Assembly (NCBI GenBank): GCA_951812955.1
Contig: OX638340.1
Location: 1,856,001-1,920,000, forward strand
Reading direction: 5' to 3'
From: an uncultured Gemmatimonadota bacterium
GTDB taxonomy: Bacteria; JAAXHH01
Length of the DNA stretch: 64,000 nucleotides
Shown: positions 20,017-29,156 of the stretch, piece by piece
Layout: each line of letters opens with the position of its first letter
How positions within the stretch are numbered: position 1 is the first letter of the stretch
Notes under the pieces: generated by a model
Told to the model about the DNA's origin: nothing
The model's database searches: none
The model's input: only the letters and a program-made list of their open reading frames with translations
Position numbers and translations under genes: made by a program

Positions 20017-22422
20017 ATGCTCCAAAACTACCTCACCATAGCCATTCGCAACCTGCTCAGGTATCCCGCCTACACGCTCATCAACATCGTGGGGCTCGCG
20101 ATCGGCCTGGCGGCCTGCATGCTGATCCTGCGCTACGTCTGGGACGAGATGAGCTACGATCGGTATCATCCACACGCAGATCGGGTTTACCGGGTAGTCG
20201 ATGACATAGAAAGCGCGGGGCAGACAGTCCAGACGGCGGGATCTCCTTTGGGGTGGGGGCCCGCTCTGAAGCGTGATTTTCCCGAAATCGAGCTTTTCGC
20301 CCGGGTGCGGGGCACGACATCCGTCTGGTTTATCATGCATGAAGAGAAACGTTACTATGAGAAAAAGGTCATCTGGGCGGATGCGGCTCTGCTCGACATG
20401 TTTTCCATCCCCTTTGTCGCCGGCAATCCCCGTACCGCGCTGACCGAACCGTATTCGATCGTGATCTCGGAGGATATGGCCTTCAAGTATTTCGGTGGCG
20501 AGGACCCCATGGGGAAAGTCCTCAGGGGGGACAATGTCTGGGATTTCACGGTGACCGGCGTCATGCGCAACATACCGGCCAATTCCCATCTGCGTCCTGA
20601 TATGATCATGTCCCTTGTGACACGGAATGCCATTTTTGCAAATGACCTCGATGAATGGGAGATGCACGAGAATCGTTATACTTACATCAGGCTGCATGAA
20701 AACGCCTCTCCGGATGCCCTGGAAGCTCAGCTGCCCGCCTTCGTGGAACGAAATAAAACCGGGCGGTTCCGTGATTCGAGCAAAGTGTTGAGACCGTCTC
20801 TGCAGCCCCTGGTGGACATTCACCTCCATTCGCACAGGGACAGCGAGCTCGAGCCCAACGGAGACATCCGCTACGTAACGCTCTTCATGATTATCGCCTT
20901 CCTGATTCCTATCATCGCCTGCATCAACTTCGTGAACCTGGCCACGGCACGATCGGCCATGCGCGCCAGGGAGGTGGGCGTACGCAAGGTTATGGGGGCC
21001 AATCGCCCGCAGCTACTGGGGCAGTTCCTGGGCGAAGCCGTCGTCATGGCGGGACTTGCCATGATCGTCGCGGTCGCGCTTGTACATCTAGCCCTGCCCG
21101 GCGTAAACGTGCTGGCCGGCAAGCAACTGGATTTTGCTCTTTCGGACGGCTGGGTGTTGGGAGCGCTGATCGCTGGAACCATCGTTATCGCAATGGCTGC
21201 CGGTAGCTATCCCGCAACCTACCTATCTGGTTTCCTGCCCACCGATGTACTGAAAGGGAATCTGAAGTCAGGAACGCAAGGCATGGGATTGCGGCGGACC
21301 CTGGTGGTGATCCAGTTCGTCATGTCCATCTTTCTGCTGGTCAGCACCGCCGTCATCTACGACCAGCTCGAGTACATCCAGGACATGAGGCTCGGTTTCA
21401 ATAAAGAGCATGTAATGGTGATCCCGATTACCGGCCAGGCTCAGCGCGAAAACACCCCGGTGCTGAGACAACGCGTCGCGCAGTTGCCCGGCGTGGTAGG
21501 GATAGCGACGACCGATGGCGTCCCGGGCGAACTCTCACCGCGGATTATGGCCGTCCGTTCCGATGAGATGAGCCCCGAGGACAACCTGATTGTGTCTGTG
21601 TTCTCCTCAGATGATCAGTTCCTGGAGGTCATGGAAATCGGCCTGGTGGCAGGCCGGAACTTTCAGGCCGAGTGGGGCAGGGATACAACCATGGTAGTCC
21701 TGCTGAACGAGACCGCTGCCCGTAAGCTGGGTTGGGATGCGCCGCCCGACGCAATAGGTATGCTTGTGGAATGGATCGAGTACCGCGGTACGAAGGGACG
21801 CGTCCGGGGTGTTGTGGAGGATTTTCATCTGCAATCGATTCATGAGGAAATCGAACCGATCGTATACATACACTATCCCATCGACTTCAGCGACATACTC
21901 ATCCGAATCAGGCCGGAAAACGTACCGGATACCATCACACGGATCCAGGAAGTGTGGCGGGAAGTCGAACCCCTGTATCCTCTGGCATATACGTTTCTCG
22001 ACGAAGATTTCGACAGCCTCTACCGTGCCGAACGCCAACTGGGTACGGTATTCGCGGTCTTCGCCTTTCTCGCGATCTTCGTGGCGTGCCTGGGCCTGCT
22101 TGGACTGGCTTCCTTCTCCATCCAGCAGCGGACCAGGGAGATTGGAATCCGCAAGGTACTCGGCGCTACCGTTTCGGACATCGTCCTGCTGCTCTCAAAG
22201 GATTTCATGAAGTATGTACTACTGGCCAATGTGATCGCCTGGCCCCTGGCATACCTTGCCATGGCACAATGGCTGCAGAACTATGCCTATGCGGCGGAAA
22301 TCAACTTTGCGTGGTTTATCGCGGGAGGCCTCGTTGCGGTCGCCATCGCCTGGCTTACGATCGGGGCGCACGCGCTGGCCGCCGCGGGCAGAAACCCGGT
22401 TAACGCACTAAGGCAGGGGTGA
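20017..22422 (+). CDS. ABC transporter permease, FtsX/MacB-like double-domain family (801 aa)
   Basis: N-terminus MLQNYLTIAIRNLLRYPAYTLINIVGLAIGLAACMLIL. Two FtsX modules. Close paralog of the 1..2142 product. Confidence 0.85.
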   Translation: MLQNYLTIAIRNLLRYPAYTLINIVGLAIGLAACMLILRYVWDEMSYDRYHPHADRVYRVVDDIESAGQTVQTAGSPLGWGPALKRDFPEIELFARVRGTTSVWFIMHEEKRYYEKKVIWADAALLDMFSIPFVAGNPRTALTEPYSIVISEDMAFKYFGGEDPMGKVLRGDNVWDFTVTGVMRNIPANSHLRPDMIMSLVTRNAIFANDLDEWEMHENRYTYIRLHENASPDALEAQLPAFVERNKTGRFRDSSKVLRPSLQPLVDIHLHSHRDSELEPNGDIRYVTLFMIIAFLIPIIACINFVNLATARSAMRAREVGVRKVMGANRPQLLGQFLGEAVVMAGLAMIVAVALVHLALPGVNVLAGKQLDFALSDGWVLGALIAGTIVIAMAAGSYPATYLSGFLPTDVLKGNLKSGTQGMGLRRTLVVIQFVMSIFLLVSTAVIYDQLEYIQDMRLGFNKEHVMVIPITGQAQRENTPVLRQRVAQLPGVVGIATTDGVPGELSPRIMAVRSDEMSPEDNLIVSVFSSDDQFLEVMEIGLVAGRNFQAEWGRDTTMVVLLNETAARKLGWDAPPDAIGMLVEWIEYRGTKGRVRGVVEDFHLQSIHEEIEPIVYIHYPIDFSDILIRIRPENVPDTITRIQEVWREVEPLYPLAYTFLDEDFDSLYRAERQLGTVFAVFAFLAIFVACLGLLGLASFSIQQRTREIGIRKVLGATVSDIVLLLSKDFMKYVLLANVIAWPLAYLAMAQWLQNYAYAAEINFAWFIAGGLVAVAIAWLTIGAHALAAAGRNPVNALRQG

Positions 22423-22433
22423 TTTCGCGGAAA

Positions 22434-23024
22434 TTACACGACGTTCCGAGACTGGGTATCCGAGGCGTTCCAGCAAGTCTCGATCACATTAAAATCAGGT
22501 CGGGACAGGACAACGTAGGAAGGGAGTCCCAACTGTTTCCACATCGCGAATGGGTCCTGGCGAGTAATGCGGCTCACATACAGGCTCAGAACGGTCCCAT
22601 GGGTAATGAGCGCCAGGTCTTCTTGCGGAAATCGTTCTAACAGTCCGTCGACGGACTTTGAGAATCTTCTGTACGCTGTATCCGCGGTCTCCTCGCCAAA
22701 AACCAGCTCCGCAGGTTGAGCGTAGAAACGGCTGATCGACTGCTCAAAGCACTCCTTCTCCAGGAAACCGACACTCCTACGCTCATGTTCCTGCAATCCC
22801 TCGATGACTTCTACCGGAACATTCAGTCTGTGCGCTGAAATATTGGCTGTTTCTATGGCTTTAGGTTCGTTGCTACTGAATATCATATCCAGATTATACG
22901 GTCCCAGTTTCTCAGCCAAGATCCGGGAGCGGACTTGACCTTCTTCAGACAAACGCCATTCCCTGGAAGGAACCGCAGGATCGATCTCAGGCAACGAATG
23001 CTTCACCAGAACCAGTACCGGCAT
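22434..23024 (-). CDS. histidine phosphatase superfamily protein (SixA/PGAM-like), divergent
   Basis: N-terminal VLVLVKHSLPE sits at the position of the RHG motif (K-H-S variant). A second His region LALITHGTVL is present. Length 196 aa. Confidence 0.45.
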   Translation of the reverse strand: MPVLVLVKHSLPEIDPAVPSREWRLSEEGQVRSRILAEKLGPYNLDMIFSSNEPKAIETANISAHRLNVPVEVIEGLQEHERRSVGFLEKECFEQSISRFYAQPAELVFGEETADTAYRRFSKSVDGLLERFPQEDLALITHGTVLSLYVSRITRQDPFAMWKQLGLPSYVVLSRPDFNVIETCWNASDTQSRNVV

Positions 23025-23046
23025 CCTTTCGGTACCTCCTTCTATA

Positions 23047-24153
23047 CTACGGCGTATTCACCGGAAAGTGCTTGATCATTCTGATGATCTTCAACTCTGT
23101 TCCCGACGGCATCTCCGAACTACCATGGTGCAGTTGTCGAAAGCCGTTTTTCTCGTAGAACTCCACGGCTGCAAGCGAAGAATTGAGTACGATACGCTCC
23201 GCGCCTGCGCGCATGGCCTGGCATTCCGCTGTTCTGTAAAGTGCCGAACCGACTCCTTTTTTACTCGCCCTGCCGGAAACGAAAACCGCGGCATTGTACT
23301 CAGTACCCTTTGCCCGATGCACCTCGGAGAATCCCAGTAATCCCGTGGCATCTTCGGCCACATAGATTGTCGCTCCCTGCGCAACGGCACCAAGGTACTT
23401 CTCTCGAGATATCGGAGCGATCCACTCCTCGAGAACCTCCATGGCGTAGTAAGGTCCGCAATGGGATCTTATCGATTCTTCGTGTATGATTGCTAGTTCG
23501 TCAAAGTCGGCCTCAGTCGCGCGGCGGACACAGTAGGAGCGTTTAGCCATTTCGACCATCTGCGTGAGTGCGCGGGGATGCTGGTGGTTTTCGAGCGCTT
23601 TTAAAACCCGTGCGGAAGCGTCCTCCGGTGCTTCGGCGGAAGTATCCACCTCGACGTCATAGACCGCGTACCTGTGCACCTGTTCGTACTGGTTTCTCGC
23701 CAGGCCTATAGTCCGATCTCCCCTCGCGACTTCCCTTCGTTCCAATTCATCGAGCGGACAGAAAACCTTCACAAACAGCACATCGAAAGGGCTGAGAATT
23801 TTCACACGATGACGTAACAGATCCAGGACATCGAACTCTTGCCCTGCCGGCAGATGCTGAGGTGGAGCGATAACATCGTCGACGATCACATTGTTACCGC
23901 TGCGGGCCAAGGCCGCGATGCACTCCGCAAACCCCATCTCGAAGTAACGGATGTCGGGGACCAACCCGCGCTTGATCTGTTTGCGCGAAGGAATCTCGTC
24001 GAACAGGTTGATGGAAAAATAGAGGAACGGTTCCTGCAGCACGTCGAGCAACGCCTCAGCCAGCGTCGTCTTCCCAGCGCTCGACGATCCATTGAGATAA
24101 ATCACACTGCCGCTGCGACTAGGGGTTTTCAAGTGCTCAACGTGGGATTTCAT
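23047..24153 (-). CDS. fusion protein: chloramphenicol-phosphotransferase-like P-loop kinase (N-terminal) + GNAT N-acetyltransferase (C-terminal)
   Basis: The N-terminal ~190 aa aligns by eye with Streptomyces CPT (YLNGSSSAGKT, LQEPFLYF, IVDDV, REVARGDRTIGLARNQ, YDVEVDTS). The C-terminal ~170 aa carries GNAT motif A (GVGSALYRTAE…EFYEKNGFR). The ATG at 24153 overlaps the upstream GNAT stop as ATGA. The longest ORF extends to a TTG at 24177. Confidence 0.7.
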   Translation of the reverse strand: MKSHVEHLKTPSRSGSVIYLNGSSSAGKTTLAEALLDVLQEPFLYFSINLFDEIPSRKQIKRGLVPDIRYFEMGFAECIAALARSGNNVIVDDVIAPPQHLPAGQEFDVLDLLRHRVKILSPFDVLFVKVFCPLDELERREVARGDRTIGLARNQYEQVHRYAVYDVEVDTSAEAPEDASARVLKALENHQHPRALTQMVEMAKRSYCVRRATEADFDELAIIHEESIRSHCGPYYAMEVLEEWIAPISREKYLGAVAQGATIYVAEDATGLLGFSEVHRAKGTEYNAAVFVSGRASKKGVGSALYRTAECQAMRAGAERIVLNSSLAAVEFYEKNGFRQLHHGSSEMPSGTELKIIRMIKHFPVNTP

Positions 24154-24761
24154 TCTGAAGTCCATTCGCTGGGCCAACTTCCGAGTCGTCGTTCAAAGTA
24201 CAGTTCTAAACCGTCCTCTTCATCAATATGTGAGCCGATTTCCCGAAATCCCATCGACCGAGCCATGCCCAGGGATGGGATGTTACCTGGGTTGATAGAC
24301 AGGACGAAACAACGTTGACCATGTTCTTCATACGCCCATTTCATCAACGCAAGCGCCGCTTCGTTGGCGATGCCCCGTCTGCGGAAGGGTTCTCCAATTT
24401 CGTAGCCGAGTTCTACCCCATCTGCCGCTACATTTCGCAGATCCTCGGGACCGGGCTCGGAGTGGAAGCCGATCCGACCACACATAGTCTGTGACTGTTG
24501 AATGACTATGGCCCGCAACAACCAGGGCTGTACCTCTGGACTGGCATTGAGTTGTCTTAGCCGATTTCGTAAAGTACGGGTGTTGAGAACAAGGTCTATC
24601 GGAATCTTAAAGCCGGCGATCTTCTCTGCCAGCAGTTGATTCCGGGCTATCAACGCTTCCAGCAGTCGCGGGGCCATCGGAACCAATTCCAGCCGACGTG
24701 AGGTAATGATGTGGATTATTGGCTGTTCTCCGTTCGTCACCAGTGTTACAGAGAGGAACAA
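24150..24761 (-). CDS. GNAT N-acetyltransferase, RimJ/RimL (Acetyltransf_3) type
   Basis: The N-terminal TSRRLELVPMAP pattern and the core GRIGFHSEP…ELGYEIGEPFRRRGIANEAALALMKWAYEE…NPGNIPSLGMARSMGF match the RimL family. Confidence 0.75.
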   Translation of the reverse strand: MFLSVTLVTNGEQPIIHIITSRRLELVPMAPRLLEALIARNQLLAEKIAGFKIPIDLVLNTRTLRNRLRQLNASPEVQPWLLRAIVIQQSQTMCGRIGFHSEPGPEDLRNVAADGVELGYEIGEPFRRRGIANEAALALMKWAYEEHGQRCFVLSINPGNIPSLGMARSMGFREIGSHIDEEDGLELYFERRLGSWPSEWTSE

Positions 24762-24826
24762 TTAGACCGATGCCGTAAGTATAATGGCAGCACGCGTCCG
24801 TTACCAACCATTCCCTGCCGATCCGC

Positions 24827-26245
24827 CTACTCCCTGATTCCACACGCCTCGTCCGTCAGCACGTCGTAGTGATGTATGTACTTGACGCCGTCGATCACGA
24901 GCCGATCGGTTTGTGGTAGATCCTCCTCCCACGTCATTTCGACTCCCTGCAAATGGGGTGGCTTCTCCCGCTTGCCCCAGTGATTGCCGTTGTAGCGCCG
25001 GAACAGCAGCGTGCGGCCAGCGCGGGTGACGTACGCCATGACCAACACCGCTCGTTCGGACGTATCTTCGTCGATATCGAAAACCCGCATGCATTCGAAT
25101 GTCCGATCGCCGATGCACACCGTGTAGAGGCCCTGTGAAAACACCAGCGGCGCATCCGATTTCTTAATGAACGTTCCATCCGGTTGTTCCGTCAGGTAAT
25201 CCCGGTCTTCGACCAGACGGGGCGTCATCCCGAAATCCCATCCAAAGTCCTCGTCCAGGCAGGTCAGAAGTTCCCTGGTTCCATCGGATTTCATGCTCTC
25301 GACGGCCAGCCAATGCACCTCCGTCTCTTCCAGGCGGCCCCAGACCCGGGTATGGCGATCCCTCGTTTCCGGATCATGGTTGAGCGTTAGGAGACCCTCC
25401 CGGTCTGGACGGCGTTGTTCATCCATCTCGATCTCTACGCATGGTCTTCCGTGTATGATGGCGCGCCGCGTTGCAACCATGTCCTTGACCTCGGTTAACT
25501 TCCAGGCCGAACCATCCCGCGTAGGCTCGTAATCCGCCCATCGGACCTGATCACCGATTTCGGGTACGATGAACCACCAGGACAGCTCCCGAAGATCTAT
25601 GGAAAATGGAGTTGCCGTACTTATCTCGATGGATATATCGGGCCGGTAATTGGGAAAGGGTACAGTCGTAGCTTTTGTGTCGTCGCTCATGGCCATGCTC
25701 CTTCTATTGGTGGTTACACCCAGTTCGATTCGAACCATGTCCCGTCCGTGAGACAGCCGCCGCTCGATGGTTCCCGGTGGGCAGCGATGACGGGCCGCAA
25801 TTTCCGCTATGCTCAATCCATCCAGGTAGAACGACCTCAGGGCCGCTTGTTCCTTATCGGGCACGTGATCGAAGGCTTCGACCACATCCTTCGCTGCCCG
25901 CCGTTGACGGGCCGTCGGCACACCGAATCGATTAATCATCGTTGCCAGTTCCTCGGAATCGACGAAGCGCTCTCGCCGTTGTGTAGAGCGCATGAAGTCG
26001 ACGCAGCGGTTGCGCGCAACCTGGTACAGCCAGGCGCGCACGTTTCTCGGTGATCGAACACGCAACCCCAACCAGGCATGAACGAGCGTCTCCTGTAGCA
26101 CGTCCTCTACCGCCTCCACCGACCCGATACGATCCCGGATCAATGCGGCCAGAGATCGCTCGTAGCGCCGGATCAGGGCCACGAAGGCCCGTTCGTCGCC
26201 GGTCCGGATCTGTTGAACAAGTACCTGGTCACTGAGGAACCCCAT
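24827..26245 (-). CDS. ECF-family RNA polymerase sigma factor with ~290-aa soluble C-terminal extension
   Basis: Sigma-70 region 2 (VQQIRTGDERAFVALIRRYERSL…LQETLVHAW) and region 4 (LRSFYLDGLSIAEIAARHRCPPGTIERRLSHGR) lie in the first ~180 aa. The remaining ~290 aa has no predicted TM helix and no recognisable domain. Confidence 0.75.
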   Translation of the reverse strand: MGFLSDQVLVQQIRTGDERAFVALIRRYERSLAALIRDRIGSVEAVEDVLQETLVHAWLGLRVRSPRNVRAWLYQVARNRCVDFMRSTQRRERFVDSEELATMINRFGVPTARQRRAAKDVVEAFDHVPDKEQAALRSFYLDGLSIAEIAARHRCPPGTIERRLSHGRDMVRIELGVTTNRRSMAMSDDTKATTVPFPNYRPDISIEISTATPFSIDLRELSWWFIVPEIGDQVRWADYEPTRDGSAWKLTEVKDMVATRRAIIHGRPCVEIEMDEQRRPDREGLLTLNHDPETRDRHTRVWGRLEETEVHWLAVESMKSDGTRELLTCLDEDFGWDFGMTPRLVEDRDYLTEQPDGTFIKKSDAPLVFSQGLYTVCIGDRTFECMRVFDIDEDTSERAVLVMAYVTRAGRTLLFRRYNGNHWGKREKPPHLQGVEMTWEEDLPQTDRLVIDGVKYIHHYDVLTDEACGIRE

Positions 26246-26425
26246 TAGATCGTTCTCCCTTCATCTAACAGGGCGATGTTGGCGGGGGAAAGGTTCACGG
26301 AGTTTGGAAAAGGTGACTACGTGGAGTATTGGAATGAAGCCATGAGGTACGGTCAGTTTGGCTTCTTCTGACTGAGGTGGAATAGGCTTCGTATCAGCTT
26401 ACCCCAGGATGAAAGACCAGCGAAC

Positions 26426-26785
26426 TCACCCAGATCCTGCTACAGGCCAATCAGCACCAGCCCCTGGTCCGATAACATGCCAATGCATGTGTGGCGTAAC
26501 TCCTGGCGCCGCCGCATTGGCACGCACATAGAATCCCCTGCCATCCAGCAGACCGGTGGACTTTGCAGTCTGCTGGACAGCACGCACCATGGAAGAGAGC
26601 AGATCCCCATCCAGGGCGGCCTCATCCATAAGCCCAGCAACGTGGGTTTTAGGTACCACTACCACATGGACCTGGGCTACGGGTCGCGGGTGGCGGAACG
26701 CCAATACCAGATTGTCCTCATAAATCCGTTTCACGTCGAGCTTTCCTGAGAATACATCCTCGCAATACCAATCTCGTCGCGCCAT
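26426..26785 (-). CDS. HIT (histidine triad) family nucleotide hydrolase/phosphoramidase
   Basis: HIT motif HMHWHVIG (HxHxHxx) near the C-terminus. Length 119 aa. Confidence 0.8.
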   Translation of the reverse strand: MARRDWYCEDVFSGKLDVKRIYEDNLVLAFRHPRPVAQVHVVVVPKTHVAGLMDEAALDGDLLSSMVRAVQQTAKSTGLLDGRGFYVRANAAAPGVTPHMHWHVIGPGAGADWPVAGSG

Positions 26786-26843
26786 ATACTTCCCACTTTC
26801 CCGAACCTAAGGTGCAGACACTTGGATCGCCTTAATCATAATC

Positions 26844-26868
26844 ATTAGATGTAACACTGATTAGATGT
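26844..26868. promoter_or_regulatory. 9-bp direct repeat ATTAGATGT x2 (period 16) in AT-rich divergent promoter region
   Basis: ATTAGATGT at 26844-26852 and 26860-26868, within the 162-nt AT-rich spacer between the HIT gene (-) and the GNAT gene (+). Confidence 0.3.
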
Positions 26869-26947
26869 TAATTTACATTAAAACCAGGAATCCCGTTTAA
26901 GGTTTTATATAGCAATATTCCAGACTAGCCATATTGGATTCAACACC

Positions 26948-27427
26948 ATGCGGAACAAACAGGAATTGATTCGAATCGAACCCCTTGAGACGAAACATCA
27001 TTGCGGGATCCTCGAAATCGTAGAGCGTCTCCCCGAGTGGTTTGACGAAACCGCACGAACAAAGTCTGTCCCCACCGACTTGCGGCATCAGCTCGGTTAT
27101 GTAGCCGTCTCAAATCATAGGGTGGTCGGATTTGTCACCCTATACGTTACAGAGGGTCGGTTGCATATCGGCTGGCTTGGGGTCGAAAAGGAGTTACAGC
27201 GGCAGGGACTGGGCAGTCGGCTTTTGGGAGCGGCGGAATCGAAAGCTCTACAGATGGATATAGACCAACTCGCAACATATACGCTGGGTGACAGCGTCAC
27301 GTACCAACCCTACGAGGTGACGCGGAATTTCTACTGGAAGCACGGATTCAAGGTCTACAAGCGATCCAGGACAGACAACCCCGGATGCCCTGAAGAAATC
27401 TGGATCTCGAAGCAGGTCAAACCATGA
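26948..27427 (+). CDS. GNAT family N-acetyltransferase
   Basis: Motif A LGVEKELQRQGLGSRLLGAAE. Length 159 aa. Confidence 0.7.
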   Translation: MRNKQELIRIEPLETKHHCGILEIVERLPEWFDETARTKSVPTDLRHQLGYVAVSNHRVVGFVTLYVTEGRLHIGWLGVEKELQRQGLGSRLLGAAESKALQMDIDQLATYTLGDSVTYQPYEVTRNFYWKHGFKVYKRSRTDNPGCPEEIWISKQVKP

Positions 27428-27539
27428 AATGCATCCACCAAAGCGTTCATTGGTAGAAACGAAAAGACGAAACTCGGCATTTCGGAAGCCTGCGTCTCGC
27501 GAAGAATGTAATTGAACAGGTGTTTTCCCGGAGTTCAGC

Positions 27540-28346
27540 GTGGACCGTGACGTAATCCAATACTACGAAGAGCTTGAGAACGAATCCGATCGCCTGGATA
27601 GGGGTACCGCCCGGTTGGAAAGCGAAAAGACCAGGGAGATCCTTCGGGAATACCTCCCCGCACCGCCGGGTCGCATCCTCGACGTGGGCGGCGGTCCGGG
27701 CGCTTACGCCTTCTGGCTGGCAGAGCAGTCCTATGAAGTCCATTTGGTGGACATTGTCCCGCTCCACATCGAGCAGGCAAAGGAACGCGATAAAGACGGA
27801 ATCTTGAAAAGCGCGGAAATCGGCGATGCCAGAAACCTGGACTTCGAGACTGATTCCATGGACGCGGTCCTTCTATTGGGACCGCTGTACCACCTTCCCG
27901 AGCGGCCGGACAGGCTCGCGGCGCTTGAGGAATCCCTTCGCGTGCTGAAACCGGAGGGAGTCCTTTTCTGTGTAGCCATTTCCAGGTTCGCTTCGCTCCT
28001 GGACGGTATGAGAAAGGGATACCTGTTCGATCCGGTGTTTTCCAGGATAGTCCTGAAAGACCTGGTCGAAGGGCGCCACGAAAACCCGGACATGGATCCA
28101 CGCTACTTCACCACGGCCTGCTTCCATCGGCCTGAAGAACTCGAAGAAGAGATCACGGACGCGGGGTTCGAACTGTTAAAGACGTCAGGCCTGGAAGGGC
28201 CGGCGTGGCTTCTCGGCGATTTCGACGACCTGTGGGCAGACGAGACCAAGCGCAAGGAATTGCTCACTTTCCTGAAGCTGGTCGAGACGGAAACCTCGCT
28301 CATCGGCGTGAGCGCGCACATCCTTTCAGTAGCGAAAGCGCCTTGA
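27540..28346 (+). CDS. class I SAM-dependent methyltransferase
   Basis: Motif I ILDVGGGPGAYAFWLAE with the acidic post-I residue (VHLVDIV). Confidence 0.75.
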   Translation: MDRDVIQYYEELENESDRLDRGTARLESEKTREILREYLPAPPGRILDVGGGPGAYAFWLAEQSYEVHLVDIVPLHIEQAKERDKDGILKSAEIGDARNLDFETDSMDAVLLLGPLYHLPERPDRLAALEESLRVLKPEGVLFCVAISRFASLLDGMRKGYLFDPVFSRIVLKDLVEGRHENPDMDPRYFTTACFHRPEELEEEITDAGFELLKTSGLEGPAWLLGDFDDLWADETKRKELLTFLKLVETETSLIGVSAHILSVAKAP

Positions 28347-28415
28347 ATGTGCTGGCATCCCGTGAAGTGTTCTAAACTACCTTAACGTGCCGTCCGTTTC
28401 TTAGAGACCAAAACC

Positions 28416-29108
28416 TTGTCCATCTCAGCAATCTCATTCGATGGCGACATGACACTTTGGGACTTTCAGAAGGTCATGCGCCATTCATTAAAAAAAGCTC
28501 TGGCAGCACTTCGCGGGCTGGTTCCGACCCAACGCGCTGTGGACCTTTCCGTGGAGGAAATGATTGCGATTCGCGGTGAGGTCGAAGAAGAAGTGAAGGG
28601 CAGGATCTGGAACCACGAGGAAATCAGGCGGCTCTCCTTCGAGCGGACACTCGAAATCATCGGCCGCCCGGATCGTGAAATCGCTGCCTATCTCAATAAG
28701 GTATACCTGAAACACCGTTTCGAAGACATCGAATTGTATCCCGACGTCATCCCTACTTTCGATGAACTGGCACCTCATTACAAGCTGGGTCTGCTGTCAA
28801 ACGGAAACAGTTATCCGGAACGCTGTGGGTTGGAGGCACGTTTTGCCTTTGTCATCTTCTCGCAGGATGTACAAATTAGGAAACCAGACCGGAGAATCTT
28901 CGAGATAACCGCGCAGAAAGCGGGCTGCCCATTGGAGGAGCTGTTGCACGTAGGGGATTCTCTGAAAAACGACGTCGCTGGGGCGAATGCAGCAGGCGCA
29001 CGATCGGTCTGGTTGAATCGCGACAGTCAGGCAAGTCACTCTGGGTTCGCGGCGGAATTTGAAATCGCTACATTGGCCGACCTTCCAGCAGTTCTGGAAA
29101 ATGACTGA
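28416..29108 (+). CDS. HAD-superfamily hydrolase (subfamily IA-like)
   Basis: Motif I FDGDMTLWD (DxDxT/V). C-terminal motif HVGDSLKNDVAGANAAG. Confidence 0.75.
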   Translation: MSISAISFDGDMTLWDFQKVMRHSLKKALAALRGLVPTQRAVDLSVEEMIAIRGEVEEEVKGRIWNHEEIRRLSFERTLEIIGRPDREIAAYLNKVYLKHRFEDIELYPDVIPTFDELAPHYKLGLLSNGNSYPERCGLEARFAFVIFSQDVQIRKPDRRIFEITAQKAGCPLEELLHVGDSLKNDVAGANAAGARSVWLNRDSQASHSGFAAEFEIATLADLPAVLEND

Positions 29109-29156
29109 TTTGGGGCAGATTGTTCAAATCACGCTTGGAAGTACAGATATGCACAA

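Noticed and set aside
19855-20835. 326-aa ORF on the minus strand
   Set aside because: It lies antisense inside the N-terminal half of the FtsX permease gene 20017..22422. Its translation is Arg/Gly/Pro/His-rich with no motifs, which is typical of high-GC antisense artefacts.
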